NCBI GenBank assembly: GCA_951406725.2
Contig: OX597828.1
Span: 64,790,001 to 64,854,000 of the forward strand
Direction: 5' to 3'
Origin: Octopus vulgaris
Taxonomy: Eukaryota
DNA length: 64,000 bases
Part shown: in pieces, positions 41,858-57,106 of the stretch
Layout: each line of letters opens with the position of its first letter
Numbering within the stretch: position 1 is the first letter of the stretch
Program-made: the position numbers and the translations under genes
The notes under the pieces: model-generated
The model's input: the letters and a program-made list of their open reading frames with translations, nothing else
The model's database searches: none
Told to the model about the DNA's origin: nothing

Positions 41858-42799
41858 AAAAGAAAACGTCGTAGTTGTACGTGGCAAATATTGAATATCT
41901 CGTAATTTATTGCCTCATATTGTAAAGAGAACCGATTAAAGAGATTAGCTCGAAATGTGTTGCAAAAACTAAAACCACGTTATTTATTGCAAACATTTGA
42001 AAACATAAAGACATTGAAATATTAGAGTTTATTTAAAATTATTATTTAGTTTTAATTAAGCAGGATTTGTTTTTATCTTGTCCATCATATAATCAGTATT
42101 TTGCTGTATACATTCAAATCTAGAAAAATATGAAACTATAAATTAAAGATTTATAGAAATTTATTGCGAGCTATTTAATATAATGTCCAAAACACTTAAT
42201 AAGCAACAGAAAAAAAACACTAATCGTTATCAGGAAAATATTTTTTTAAAATTATTTTATCAAATAAAATTACTACATACTGAATGGTAAGAAAGCCAAC
42301 ATATTTTAATAAATCATAATAGCATTAGGCATGTGCTTAAATGTGTTTATTAGCACCAACAGTAACTATTTGAGGTTTTAATGAACAGATTTAATATTGG
42401 AGTCAGACGTAGGTATATTATGTAGAGAGAATAAGTTTATTTTTTCAAGATTCTGTTTTTATGGACATGGGGCTAGTTGTATTTGTCGTTGGTTTTCTTG
42501 CCATTTGTAGAGACCTGCTTTATACATTTATCTGCATGAACAGGATTGTTCTAGGCCCTTTTGTGGAAGACTAGCGGGTGGCTGTTTATGAAAACTCCTC
42601 TATCTACACCCTGATAGTTGTCCTAGGAAACAACATCTATTTAGGGCTTATACCCCTTGAGAAGAACGTCATTGCAAACGACGCTTTCAGAACGTAGACG
42701 TCCGAGAGACATATCGCACATAGCGATGGAACAATTACTTTAAGTCAGTCTACCTAATGTCTCAACAACTCTGCCACCTCGCCTAACTACAATGCTGGC

Positions 42800-43603
42800 T
42801 TTCTATTTCGACGGGGTAGTATTGATGTATTTTCTAGTATAGGGTTTCTGTATTTATGTGGAATGTTTCCTGTACTCAAGATAGTGGTATACTATTACTG
42901 ATCATCTTTTAGTACTTAATGAAAGCATTAAAATTTTGTTTTGGGTGTTTTTTTAGAAAAACCCGTTTCACCTGTAGTTGCTCTCTACATTCGTATCCCG
43001 TGTTCCACCATCTCTTCAGCTTCTCTGGCAAATCAATAACTCTCCGGGTAGATAACTAGCTTCTTCGTGGTGAATATTTATGTCAGGACTTGGTAAGCAA
43101 GTTAAAGTTTCTTATTTAAGGTTCCACAGGTATGTTTTAAGAAATCAATGAGTTATTTCCATCAAGTATGAATTGGGGTGTGTTTCACAACATAGTGCAA
43201 GGTGACAGCATACACTCATACGCACTTGTCAGGACCTTTAAACAGAAATCGCGTGCCTTGTCAACGCTGGGAACTTTCCAGTTGCTTTCTATTTTTAATG
43301 TTTTCGTGCGTCGCTTGTCGGTTGTTATGGGTCCTTCTTGTGAGAATATTATATTTCCCTTTTATTTTCTCGTGCATTATTTACAAGTTGTGCTAATTTT
43401 TGTTTCATATCTTCCCCAATATGTTATCATTTCCATTGATGTTGGTGTTTTGATTTTATGAAACAGTGAAGTCTGTTAGTCTTCCGTTCAAATATTTTTG
43501 TTCTGAAACAGCCTTCACGAATTTAATGTCTTCCTTTGAACAATTTTACTGATGAGAATTTTTGATAATCTCTCTTGTTCTCGGAATGTCTTATACTTCA
43601 TCT

Positions 43604-43636
<33 letters not shown>

Positions 43637-44390
43637 CTGTTACATATTTTCTTATTTGTTTCCTTGTCGAAGAACTTTTAAAACAGAATTTAAAGAAAAC
43701 ACAAGAAGTCCTACACTTACAATCCCCTCAAAAATGACAGGAAGGTTGTAAGTTAGTATAATGTATTATGTTTCCTATTTTGTGGAGTGGAATTTTGTTG
43801 AAGATCCGATGCAGTTCGGATCAAGGTCGGATTCCATTGTTAGTACGGCTGCTGTTTATGTCAACAGAAATTCGATTTGTTAGTATTCGAAACAAATCTT
43901 TTTGAAAGGCCATATCATATTTATTTATTTGTAAAGTTGCTTGGTTGTTTGTAGCTTGGATGGATGATTACAATGATCCACGTTCATCAATCTTATTTCC
44001 TTCCTCTTCTATATTCTTTATTGTTTCTCTTTGACCCTTCCTACCGTTAACTGTGATTGAAATATTGCACGATGCATTTATTTTCTGTTTTCTGTTAAAT
44101 GTGGGTTCGATAGTGTATATTTGTTATAGCTTTGTATTAATTTCATTGTTTCTATGGTAATTTTTAACGGGTTCCTAAATCATGTTCAATGTTAGTTTTT
44201 AGTGAATGCCCTTGCTTTTCTATAAAACATTGTTCATTTCCTATGTTGTGTCTTTATGACGAGACACATCTTCTGAACCATAAGTTGAATAAGGTTTCCA
44301 GCTTGCATTAAAATTATTGTATTAATTTATCAATACCTTGGATAGCCCGACAGCTTTTTCCGGTTTTCTGATTGGCATGATATAAATCAC
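42800..44390 (-). mobile_element. Degenerate Penelope-like relic
   Basis: Decayed Cys-rich linker and GIY-YIG-like residues at 43050-43230; composition similar to the other relics. Confidence 0.35.
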
Positions 44391-45121
44391 AGAGACAGGG
44401 AGAGAGAGATAGAGAGAGAGAGAGTGACTTTCAGTTCCTTTTTTGGGTTCAGTTTTTATTTTTCTAATTGTATTCAAAAGTTTGTTTCCCTCTCATTTGT
44501 TACGAGATTTTAAATTTTATTTGTTCTTGACATTCATGGGTATTTTTTAAAACTTTCTCTTCTGATAGTCATAACGACGTGGCTAGTATAATGTATTTCA
44601 CGTGGATTTACTGAGATCGTTTCGTATATCTTTGTTTGTATTGGAATCTTCATTCTATTCTGCTTTTATTTGCAGCATATGTTGGCCTTATTTACGCAAA
44701 TATATACATTTTAAGCCATATCCTTTTGTATAATAATCTCAAGTAATGCATAACCTATTTACTAACATAGGTGTTCTTGACGTCTTTCTTTATTTACTCG
44801 TTAATTTTATTTTTGTTGTTTTGATGATATGGAGTGGATTTCAAATTGTCCGAGACCAGCGAAATTCACAAAAAGTTTAACTAGCTTCCAAACACTGCTG
44901 TCAAAATGTCACTGACAGTGAATCCTGGACACGGAAATGATGGCTCAAAATTCTTCTAGAGGTACATGAATACTTTATGGTAAATGTTCAATGAAAGACT
45001 ATTAAAATCTCTCAGATTCTTTTATACAGGTACACTCATTTGCCTTGCCGTCTCTTATCGGCATGCAAGCATTTATATTGTCAAGACATTTTATATTTGT
45101 GTATCGTGTAGTGGTTGGTTA

Positions 45122-45990
45122 TTAACCCTTTCGACGCTTATTATTCATTTGAAGGCAGAAAGTGTATATATCCGCGCAAGACTTGATCACTGTTAACCGC
45201 GAAAAGTGGTTTTACACCACGGCTTCCAAAAAAAATTCTTTTTATGCTTCAAGAAGCAGAGACATCCCCAGTAACACACTTTACAAAAGATAATTCCTCG
45301 TATTTTCATAATTTTTTTCTCATATTTCATCGAATATTTATTTACAGAACAAGAATCAAATAGTTTTAGAGGTGGATATGAAAACAGTACCTAAAAATGT
45401 ATAGCAGAAGCAGAAAATATTTCGTTTTGATGAATACCTTAACGTCATTATAGCATGAGTTATAGAAAAGTGATTTTTGAAGGCCTTTCTGAGAAACTCA
45501 ATGACAAATATGTAGGTATTAACTTTGACAACACCAGTAATATCCTGGTGTACACACTAGTGAATTTGAAAGCAGTCCCGGTGTAGATGAGAGCAAATTC
45601 ACTTTGCAGAGCAAAAACAAGACGGAATAGTGCAAGTGAAAAATGGAAACAATGTCAACAATGGTAACCAAAGACAAACATGTTTGAAACGCCAACAAAG
45701 CATTAAACGAAACAAGAACACTAAACTGCATGCAATTATACCAAATAAATTCAACCACTGATGAGCAGAGAAATGTGCAACACAAACATCAGCTGCAGGT
45801 AATAACAGCAACAACAGAGACTGCCGCCATCCAGACCAAGCAGAGACACTAGAAAAGAATGTCAGTGAGTGGAACGGCATATCAGGACATTCAGATTTCA
45901 TCGAGATAATTTATTATTTCAGCGGATCAGGATAGCTTAAGATGTTTATATTATTGGCTGTTCTACTGCACAGATTTTAAGTTTGTGACC
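45122..45990 (+). mobile_element. Possible piggyBac 5' relic
   Basis: TTAA-CCCT start and a decayed acidic stretch; no matching right end found. Confidence 0.25.
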
Positions 45991-46014
45991 TGCATAATCG
46001 ACGTGGACAAAGTG

Positions 46015-46370
46015 CAGAGTGAGTGAGTGAGTGAGTGAGTGAGTGAGTTAGTGAGTGAGTGAGTGAGTGAGTGAATAAGTGAGTGAGTTAGTGAGTGAGT
46101 GAGTGAGTGAGTGAGTGTGTGAGTGAGTGAGTGAGTGAATGAGTGAGTGAGTGAGTGAGTGAGTTAGTGAGTGAGTGAATAAGTGAGTGAGTTAGTGAGT
46201 GAGTGAGTGAGTGAGTGAGTGTGTGAGTGAGTGAATGAGTGAGTGAGTGAGTGAGTGAATGAGTGAGTGAGTGAGTGAGTGAGTGAGTGAGTGAGTGAGA
46301 GAGTGAGTGAGTGAGTGAGTGAATAAGGGAATAAGTGAGTGAGTTAGTGAGTCAGCCAGTCAGTCAGTGT
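46015..46370. repeat. (GAGT)n tetranucleotide array
   Basis: Direct reading; interspersed GAAT/TAGT variants. Confidence 0.95.
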
Positions 46371-47344
46371 GAGTGAAAGAGAAGGGAGAAGAGAGAGAAG
46401 AGGAGGGAGGGAGGGTGAGACCTAGTTTCAGTTTCTGGAAAGTCAAGACGTAATCTCAAGTAGACAGTCATCATACAATTAAGGGGTCAGAAAACTCATT
46501 AAGCTGTACTTGATTGGGCGGCAAATTATTGTTGTTGTGATTAAAGTTGTTGTTGGGCACGAATGGCTGATTTTTTTAAAAATCAGCCAAGCAAATCAAA
46601 AAGATTTAAATCTTAATTTTATTTTATTTTAATTATTTATTTATTTTATTTATTCATTGTTTGTCATTTCATAAAAAGGTTCCATTTTATAGAATTGGAA
46701 TATTATTATATGACAATGACACAAGCGGCATACTTCAGGTTACAAAGACATCCAACAGCTGGCAGCGATTACAGAAAATCAATATTTCGTCTTAGAAGTA
46801 CACTCATATGCAGAGACGCACAAATTCACACACATCAAACCACTCAGACGCGCACATACACACGTAAAAACACAAACGCACACACACAACACACACACAC
46901 ACACAGACAATCATACACGCACACACATACAAACACGTTGATTGATTCTTTGATATTTGTGTTCTATTATTCTTTGTCCCCTGTTTTGTTGATTCATTGT
47001 ATGTTTGTTCGGGATGTGTGGAGGTTTCTGTTAGTTGGCGCGTAAGATCTTATGTCTGCCTTTCATTGCCTGCTTCTATGCATTTGCGATTGCGTATGTG
47101 TCCTGCTTTGTGTGGATATGAATCTATTTATCTGCGCTCGTTTTGCAACTTGGTGTCTTCGTGGAAGCAACACGTGACTTCAGAATATAAATTTTTTATA
47201 CACTTTTTAAAAATCATCTCCATATATAACTTAATATTCTTTGCTGATGTTAATATCTATTCAGATTTGGACTTCGTATTGTACATTCCGTTCCCTCCAT
47301 TTCTTTCACTTACCCCGTATTCACATATTAATCGAATTGACGGT

Positions 47345-47534
<190 letters not shown>

Positions 47535-47583
47535 GTAGGTATATACGAGGTATATATATCCGTCTATCTATCTATCTAGCTAG

Positions 47584-47618
<35 letters not shown>

Positions 47619-47945
47619 CAGTAGATTATGGCCTTGTATGTATGTATGAGTATATGCATACACGCACAGCACGTGTTTTTGAGTGTATGTGTGTGCGTGT
47701 GTGTGCTTGTGGGTGTCAGACACAGAGTGAAGTAAAGTGAAAGAGAGAGACCTGTATTAATATGTGAGTATCTATTATCAGGGTGTTTGTACAGCCTATA
47801 TTGATTATTGGAATAGTAAAAAGACTTTTAACTATTGACATGATAACAAATTGCAGTCTGACAATACACACAAAATTAGACAGACACACGCGCGCCCGCA
47901 AGCGTACGCACACGCACACACATACACAAACACGCACACACACAA

Positions 47946-47976
<31 letters not shown>

Positions 47977-48173
47977 GCACGCAAATACGCACACGTACAC
48001 ACACACGAACACACACCTAAACTAACAGGCAAATACACACTCAAACACTCTGAGCACATATGTGTGTGTGGGTGTTTGTGCTTTTGTGTGTTTGTATGTT
48101 TGTGTGTGTTGATCAATGTGTACACTAAAGCCATGCATTTGTATATATGTATATACTTGCATATATACTTACC

Positions 48174-48394
48174 TATTTTTTTACTACCCGCAAGGGGCTA
48201 AACACAGGGAGGACAAACAAGGACAGACAAACGGATTAAGTCGATTACATCGACCCAAATGCGTAATTGGTACTTAGTTTATCGACCCCGAAAGGATGAA
48301 AGGCAAAGTCGACCTCGGCGGAAATTGAACTCAGAACATAGCGGCAGACGAAATACTGCTCGGCATTTCGTCCGACGTGCTAACGATTCTGCCA
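48174..48394 (-). mobile_element. SINE family B with TSD
   Basis: TSD GCATATATACTTACC at 48159-48173 and 48395-48409. Confidence 0.9.
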
Positions 48395-48870
48395 GCATAT
48401 ATACTTACCGACCAACCTACCTACGTACTTATATATATTGTAGAGTGAGAGAGGGGGTGATAGAGAGAGAGAGAGAGATAGACAAAGTTAGGGAGGGATA
48501 GACAGATCGATGCTACTTATATGCTTATTAAAAAAACGTATCATATAGTTATATTTCAAATTTATCCACACACAATTGTCTACCTGTATCAGGTAACTAA
48601 AAGTTCCGCCAGCGGAAATAGGCAAATCTGGAAATAGGTGCCTGTTAAAGCATCTTTCGTAATTGCTAGTTACATGCTTGGTTCTCTGTTCAATCACTAA
48701 AATAGACACATCCGGGTAGCTGGGTATAACTGGAGAATCTAGCAGAGTTTTTCTTCGGTTTGTTCTGTGTGATTTCGCCACATGGCCTATTTCCTTGCAA
48801 GATTATATAAATATTTGTTGTAATATACACGTTCAAATAGTTTTCCATTTTATCTAATCCATCATAGTAT

Positions 48871-48994
<124 letters not shown>

Positions 48995-49500
48995 TGCAGA
49001 AGGCTGAAAAGGAACAGGATTTGATATGTCTTAGGAAAATAAGACAAGGTAGAAGAAACTGAAATAATTTTATCATGATGAACATTTAGTACCGGTTTCG
49101 GTTATTGCGAAATTTTCAACAATTATATTGTGGAAAAATTAAATGAAATTTTAAAAAAATATATTTTCATAGTTTTCAAATGTAAGGGTCATATTCCTTT
49201 TTTTCTGTCTGTCTCTGTCTCTCCTTTTTACTATATACTCTTTTTACTCTTTTTTACTAAAATCGCACCTTGCTCCCACCCAGTACAGTGCTTTATTCTA
49301 CATCATTTCCACCCACCTATAAGTGGGACACCGCCAAACTGATACGCACAAAGGGATATCTTCCCATCTTGAAGATCTGATGGCCAATATCTTCAGAGTT
49401 GTCTTTAGATGTTGTCGTTCTGTAACCAGTTTATTAATCATGGTGCCGCTGGACTTCGAGGATTCTGCGAGGGAAAAATGAGTCAATATTCTTATTTCTC

Positions 49501-50063
49501 TGTTGTAAAGTGGGTTCCTCCCAATGGTATGATGTGTGACTGTCGTTGTACTGTAGTTGCTGGTTTACGCTAGTAGCCACACTAGTTACAGGTTATCGGA
49601 TACCTATTTCATTACTACCCACAAGGGGCTAAACACAGAGAGGACAAACAAGGACAGACAAACGGATTAAGTCAATTATATCGACTCCAGTGCGTAACTG
49701 GTACTTATTTAATCGATCCCCAAAGGATGAAAGGCAAAGTTGACCTCGGTGGAATTTGAACTCAGAACGTAACGGCAGACGAAATACGGCTACGCATTTC
49801 GCCCGGAGTGCTAACGTTTCTGCCAGCTCGCCGCCTTAGGTTATCGGTTACCATTGTATCCCTTAGTACCGTAATAGTAATACAGTAACTTGCTATCTTG
49901 CTGTCTTGCAATCGCTGATAGCTCCACAAGACACCGACTAGAACTGTCGACACTAAACTCTTCGACCCTTGACCCTCTATACTGACGACCAGCTGCTGGT
50001 CTATTTATAATGGCTCTCCAACCACTTTTTACCGGTAGGTGTATGCAAATTCATCGTACAACA
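49501..50063 (-). mobile_element. LTR (solo or 3' LTR) interrupted by a SINE
   Basis: Termini TGTTGTA...TACAACA with TCTC on both sides. Minus-strand TATAAATA near 50002-50009 and a PPT-like AAAAGGGGAGA next to 50063. Confidence 0.6.
49600..49837 (-). mobile_element. SINE family B with 10-bp TSD, inside the LTR
   Basis: TSD AGGTTATCGG at 49590-49599 and 49838-49847. Confidence 0.92.
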
Positions 50064-50348
50064 TCTCCCCTTTTAATTATTTTATTTAGCAACCAGTTTC
50101 TTTTATTCACCCCGCCTCCTCCTTTTTTATATATACTCAGTATATTTTCTTCTTAGTGTCTACTTTTAGGAATTCAGTGTTCTCACTTTTCCTTGGACGT
50201 GTGGTTTCTCGCATAGTTATACCTACAAGAATATGAACTTCCGCCAGCATAGTTCTTAAAAGAAATATATATTCATACATATGTGTGCATGTGTGGGTCT
50301 GCTTGTGTCTGCGTGTGTGTGTGTGCATGTATAGTAAACGCTTATATA

Positions 50349-50420
<72 letters not shown>

Positions 50421-51542
50421 CAGAGACAGATAGACAGAGACAGAGAGAGTGAGAAATCCAGACAGAGAGAGTATGAGTTAGATAGAAAGTAGTACATGTA
50501 TATGTACGTGTGTGTATCTATGTGTGTGTTCGTGTTAAAGAAAGACAGGCTATGACTAATAGAATACAACATCGTATAAACTGATGCACTGTTCTTTTAG
50601 TCAGTTAAATCAGGTAGCGATCAGTGTTCACTTGATGTAAATTGTGACCTTTAGTTGTTGAAATACTTAGGTCAACCATCTTGGTGACACACCATCTGGA
50701 AATATAAGCTCTGACATTCGCGTTGAAATGCTAATGAACATATAGCATGACATTACCGATCTCTGCTACAGTTATAACAAATTTTTATACTAGTAGATTG
50801 CTGATTATCACAATAATCTTACTGAAACTACTGCTCTTGTTAAAAAATTATCTTTTTTTTCCACCAGTGCTAAATCGTACAATTACAAAATGTAAGAAAT
50901 ACAAGGTCTTAGGAATATGTAGGGGTCAATGCAAATCAATGCCATGTACGAGGAGTAAAACCAAAACGTGATACGATATATTGAACTAGGTTTAAAATTA
51001 AACAGCGCGATTTGACTGGGGTAAGAAGCAGCTATTTAGGTGGAACCAGGAAACAGCACGACCAACATATGCTATTATAATTTCCTACAATATAGTATCA
51101 ACGAATTAGCGTTGGCGGTTCCGCGGAGTTCACATTGTCGTATGAGATGCACGACTCCATCTTCTGACAGTTTCTTCGGGTGGTTTCCATCCACATTCTC
51201 CAATGCCCTATGCGAGGCCATATGTAAGCTTTCTCTATTTCTTTACTCGCAACGCAGAAATACACCGTCCTTTAGTATGTTTTGTTTGTTATGTAGTAAC
51301 AATAAAATCGCAATGTGATTTCTTTATAGTTTTGATAAGGTGTATAGTGCATAATGTATGATGAGACTGTGTTTCGTTGCTTATGTGCATATGGGTGCAT
51401 GCATGTATAGCTTATAATAGTAAGAAGTATACAGCCGTCGTGACGTTGTATATCTACGTGTATGTCTGTAAATATTCTCAAGTTGTGCTTCAGTTAACAA
51501 TCATAAAATTATATCAAATTTTATATTCTATATTGTATATAT

Positions 51543-51577
<35 letters not shown>

Positions 51578-52075
51578 AACACACATACACATGCACAATA
51601 TAGAGTATAGAATTTATATATATCGTTGCCACTATGCAAACGTTTCGTAAGTCTAAAACGTTGCTTTTTCAGGAAACGAAAAAATAGTCTCACCATTCCG
51701 TTTCTTTTTACATTAGCAACAGTTGCAGCTAAACATTAATACTTTCTCGGGGGCATAAAATCGTAACTTCTTGTATGTGTGATATTTTCAGTTAGAAATA
51801 TATTTTCAAAAATGTCGTATGTGGCACTACACTTTTCAAAAATGCTAAACCGTTGTACTACACTTTGACAATTTTCATATCTTGGCATCTGAAACAGCTG
51901 AATATACGATAGTGTGACCAAAAGAACAGACTATCGCAAGCAAAATTAGATATTGAAAAAAAGCATTTGGCCATATTTGGACAATCGACAGTTTCCCTTC
52001 TTTCCTGAGCGTCCAATAATACTTTATTTGTTCCGCGTCCTTGCGTTGTTGTGTTTTTTGTTTTCTTGTTTGGAT

Positions 52076-52118
<43 letters not shown>

Positions 52119-53086
52119 ATTCGTGTGAATCGGGTACTTAATCGGGAGTCATCAAGTTGGGTCGAATTATCTTTGAAACAACACCTTTAGACGAATAAAA
52201 ATCATGGGTACCGAAATACATCCAGTGAAATACTCAGATTATGGATACAGATAATTTAAGCCATATGAATATTTGAATACCCCCCCCCCCCGAGCTAATC
52301 CAAAAGCGTACATTGTATTAGTCGTACGGTGTTTGATATATTCTAGAATGTCCGACGGGTCAGGATTCCTGTTAGGTGTATGTTTTTCTATGTTTTATGA
52401 AGTGTGTATCATTCAACTACGGCAGTAATTGAATATTCTTAAGGTCGCAATTTACTCATAATTAGCACTTTTCAGAGCTTGTCGCTAATTCAGTTCTCAA
52501 TCAAATTAAATACTGTTAACATTTGGAAGAGAATTTGTTGTTATAGGTAGATTTTAATGTAATATATAACAAAGTTTTGTATTATTATATTTATTGTACT
52601 AATTTTGTACTACTACTATTTTCTAACCTATTTTCAAATTTCTGATTATTAATTAATAATTTAAAAATGAATTTTTTTAAAGTGCAAATAATATTTTGAG
52701 TTATTTTCACTTTTAATAGAGGTAACAAGTAAGAATCAAATAGAAGTAATAACTTTTAATAATTTTTTTAGTTTTAATAAAAGCTAATATTTTCTAAATC
52801 TAAATATTTTATTTGAAATTTTATCTTCTGCTGCAATATTTTAAGTAAAAGATTTCTTGTCCAGAACTTTTCCAAGCGTAATAACTTGTCCTGTAATTTT
52901 CCAGGTTTATAATCTTAAGAATATTATTCTATTGCTCGATTTTTCCATGTAATATTTTTTGGGAGAGGATGGGGACTCTATATATCGACATATCTATATA
53001 TATTCTAAAGCAAAACTGTCCGGCGACCTGTAAAGTCAAACTCTTAGTAACAGTTTTTGTGATGTCTCTGCAACTTTATTAATAAA

Positions 53087-53125
<39 letters not shown>

Positions 53126-54566
53126 TGTATGTATGTACGTATGTATGTATGTAAGTGTATGGTATTATGTACTTATGTGTGTATGTGTGTGGCATGTGCA
53201 CTCAGATACTGATTGCGATCTCTTTTATTGTTATTTGCCACCATATTTTATTTGTGTATTTATTTATTACATTTTGCCATTTCAAATTCTATTTGTTTCT
53301 GAAAACGCGTCTGTTTATTTGTCTCGGTTTGTAGTGTGTGCGGTGAAAGTGTTTTTTTTTTCTTCTTGTATTTGCAAATATTTTGAGGTTTTTTTCTTTC
53401 TAAATAAGAGGAGAACTAACACCACTGTGTATTGTACTATTGTCGCTACCACAGAAGAAAACACAATTTAAGAAAAGACTTCATTATATACTGTCATAAT
53501 TCAAACTAAATAACAAAAGAATTTTTACAAAATAAATATTAACTATAGTTTATTCCACCGGTAGTTTTTTAATCGGATGTGAGTGAATCTGTGTGTATGT
53601 GTGTGTGTGTGTAGATATTTGTGAGCGTACGTGCATGTGTTTGAATGTCTATGTGAATGTTCACGTTTATGAGAGTATGTCAGGCAAAAGTATGGTTGCA
53701 TGGTTAGGAACTACGTCTCAGTCACAAATGGTGATGTTTATAGTTTCACGTTGTGCATTGAATTTCATGATGGTTACCAATCGGAAGCTACTTTTATATA
53801 TACTTTTTTGTATATCTATATCTATCTCCTTATCTTTTTATCGTTCTATTTTAACAAAACTGTCCGCGAAACTCCGAGTAACATCATTTGTTATATTTCT
53901 GCTGCTTTTAAATAAAACATACTTATCTTTTTATACATATATATATTTGTGTGAGTATATATCTTAGAGAAAACTGGCGTGCCTGTAACCCTTCTTATCC
54001 CCGATGCTTCTTTTTTCTTAATAACTTGTAGGTACGTGGTATTTTACGTGTTAAGTTAGTGGATATACCAATTTACACATTAAACTCATTCCTGGAACTG
54101 GTATTTAAACATTAATGACTTGTAGGTACGTGGTATTTGGTTATTCAACCATAATATATTACAAGGTATTTTTTCTGTAGTTTCAGATCAGAGCTGCGGC
54201 CGTGCTGATGCACCGCCGTTTTGCTACACTGTTATTACTAAGAGCCTCCTCCAATATGTGACACTTCGTGTAGAATGGACTTTGATATAGCTACCCTCAT
54301 TTGCACCTTTGATTAACTGCACATACACGTTAAGCTAACTGAATATTCCACCGTTGAAAGTGTGCCATTTATAACTTCGATAAGGTTCTTTCATTTAGTA
54401 AAAAAAAAAAGATTCTAAACCACAGCAAGAAATGTTAAACTTGACACACATATCAAATTATATAGCACTTGTTTTACGTAAATAGAAGCGTTTCGAAATT
54501 ATTGTTTTCACGAGGAACACTTTAAAAGACTCATATGATATATATATATGTATATATATCTATATA

Positions 54567-54633
<67 letters not shown>

Positions 54634-55025
54634 GTAAGATACACTTATAGGGTAGCGAATATTCGTTAGAAATATTACCACCAGTGGCCTAGCATGTATA
54701 AATAGTCAATAGACAACATATTCTTAATATAAAATAGTGTACATTTAAACACAAGAGCTGAATTTTGAAAAATTATAACATATAATGATGAGGCACGTGT
54801 TATTTGTCTCTGAATTATAAGTTAGTTTTTGAGGCCGGTTACTGTTGAGAATTCGCCTAGCAGATAATCTTATTTGGTAAAAAAAATTTGAAATCTAGGT
54901 ATAACTGCAAAAAATAACAAGGTAAATGTTTTTATTTTTCATTTCCTTCGAAAATTGCTATTAATCGTGATTTTGGCCGTTTTGGCTGCTTAAAGGGTAG
55001 TTTTCTCTTCTGTTTAAATGTACAC

Positions 55026-55070
<45 letters not shown>

Positions 55071-56954
55071 CTGCAAAGCAAACTGTTTGATGTATAGTGT
55101 AAATTGATTATGCAATCTTTGTTTAGCTATAAAATAAACTGGATTATATTTCCAGAGCAAATATGGTCACAAAGATACAATGATATTGTTGTTGATTCCT
55201 TATGAAGTATTAAGAAATCTTGTGGCTTATGAAGTATTAAGAAATCTTGTGGCAGAACAGCTGAAATACCACAACGGCATTTAAAATAAACAATATTTTC
55301 TAAAATGTTTTTGATTGATAACATTTGAATAACTGGTTTTAGAAATTAACGACAACGTGCTGTGTTCTGCGAAATTAACGAGCCAGAGTAGGAATTTCAT
55401 TGAAAAGAGTACTTCGCTTTTATAAAAAAGAAGCTGTTCATAAAAAAAAACAGTTATGAACTGTGAATAACTGTCTGCGAAACGCGATAGGAGGCTAACT
55501 TGCGGGAATTGATGAGGATATCATTAATTAGTATATTACATTGAAATGAATTACATAACTATCAGAAAATAGGTCGTAAAACATATAACTTGATATACTA
55601 GATCAATGTATATAAATAATAGTCCAAGAACAGTAGCGCTATTTCGAGTAGAAGCAAAACTAAGATTGAAACAGTTAAAACTAGTGCATTTTATATGTTA
55701 GCTGCGAAAATATGTATTAATTGGGAAGGGTCAATCATCTCATTTCTTTCATCTTCCACACAAACTGTTAAAATAACTGAACAACATTGGTTAAAAATTT
55801 TAACACAGCGCCAGCAAATTCGGTTGAGGGATTAAGTCGATTTTACTGGCCCCAGTTCTCAACTGGTACTTATTCTATCGATACATTCCAGGCGAGTGTC
55901 TGCAATGTAAGCGTGATGACGTCTTCTTCTTACATCACCATGAACTCAGTTCCACAAGTCTAATTTGGATGATCCCAGAACAGGGTTGTTCATGCAGTGA
56001 CCAGATAGTCGCAGCAACCTTTGATAGGTCTCCATAAAGATATTCATTTGCACATAAACAAATAAATTTTGAAAGCAAAATATTTAGCCATGTCAAATGT
56101 GCAGGTGGGACACGTGGCAGGATATAAAGTTTGGATCGCATATGATAACAATTTATTAATCTGAGAAATGGAATAAATAAATAAATAATGAAAAGTTCAA
56201 AAACCAATGTTCAATTATTAACGAATATACACTGAGAGAATTTCTCAATGATGAGATTGTCTGCAAGGTATTTCATTAGAAATTATATAATCAGTTTGAA
56301 GTTCTGTGGTGTAAGTGCCATATATTGATTTCAACTTAAAGTTATTTCGATTTCTAATCATGTAGGTAGAAGGAGATTCATAATCTAAAACATATATTTT
56401 TTATCGAGACGTAATCGTTTCAAGTGTTGAATTGTAAAGAGAATGTGTTGAGGCAAATTGGACAATCAATCCAAAAAAAGTTAAGTGTGAAATTAAATAT
56501 TTTCAAAACTATCTTTATGTCGTTACTTGGTGCGATGAAATTGCCCCTGAGTGATGTCTGGTGTATGAACGTATATGTTTCATTAGTTCTTTGATCTCCT
56601 TGTGAAGTTCATAGTGCTTATTTGCTGTTGTTGTTTTTGGGTTATGAGCATGATGGTTTTTGCTGGTGTTTGTGATGCTGGTTGTGTTTGTGTCCGTAGT
56701 GATGGTGATGGTGATGTTAATGATGTTGATGTTGGAGAGTGTATGTATATCCATTAAGAATGAGCTTTCTGCCAAAAAGCGCTATTTTAGGGAATATCAT
56801 AGTCACACGGTGGGGGTAAAATTATTTACTTAAAAAGATGTAATTAAATAGTGAACTATTTTTAATCTCGTTCAATCTTAAGTGCCAAATTGGTGAATTG
56901 GTCATTAAACTATGTAAGTCGGAATGTTTTATTATTTTTATTATTATCATTATT

Positions 56955-56989
<35 letters not shown>

Positions 56990-57009
56990 CGTCGTCGTCG
57001 TCGTCGTCG

Positions 57010-57105
<96 letters not shown>
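56955..57105. repeat. Compound trinucleotide array (GTT)n(GTC)n(ATC)n(ATT)n
   Basis: Direct reading. Confidence 0.97.

Positions 57106-57106
<1 letters not shown>

Noticed and set aside
46015-46370. Telomere-like array
   Set aside because: The unit is GAGT, not TTAGGG.
55199-55252. 27-bp perfect tandem duplication (and a 21-bp repeat at ~54023 and ~54118)
   Set aside because: Ordinary local duplications with no further structure.
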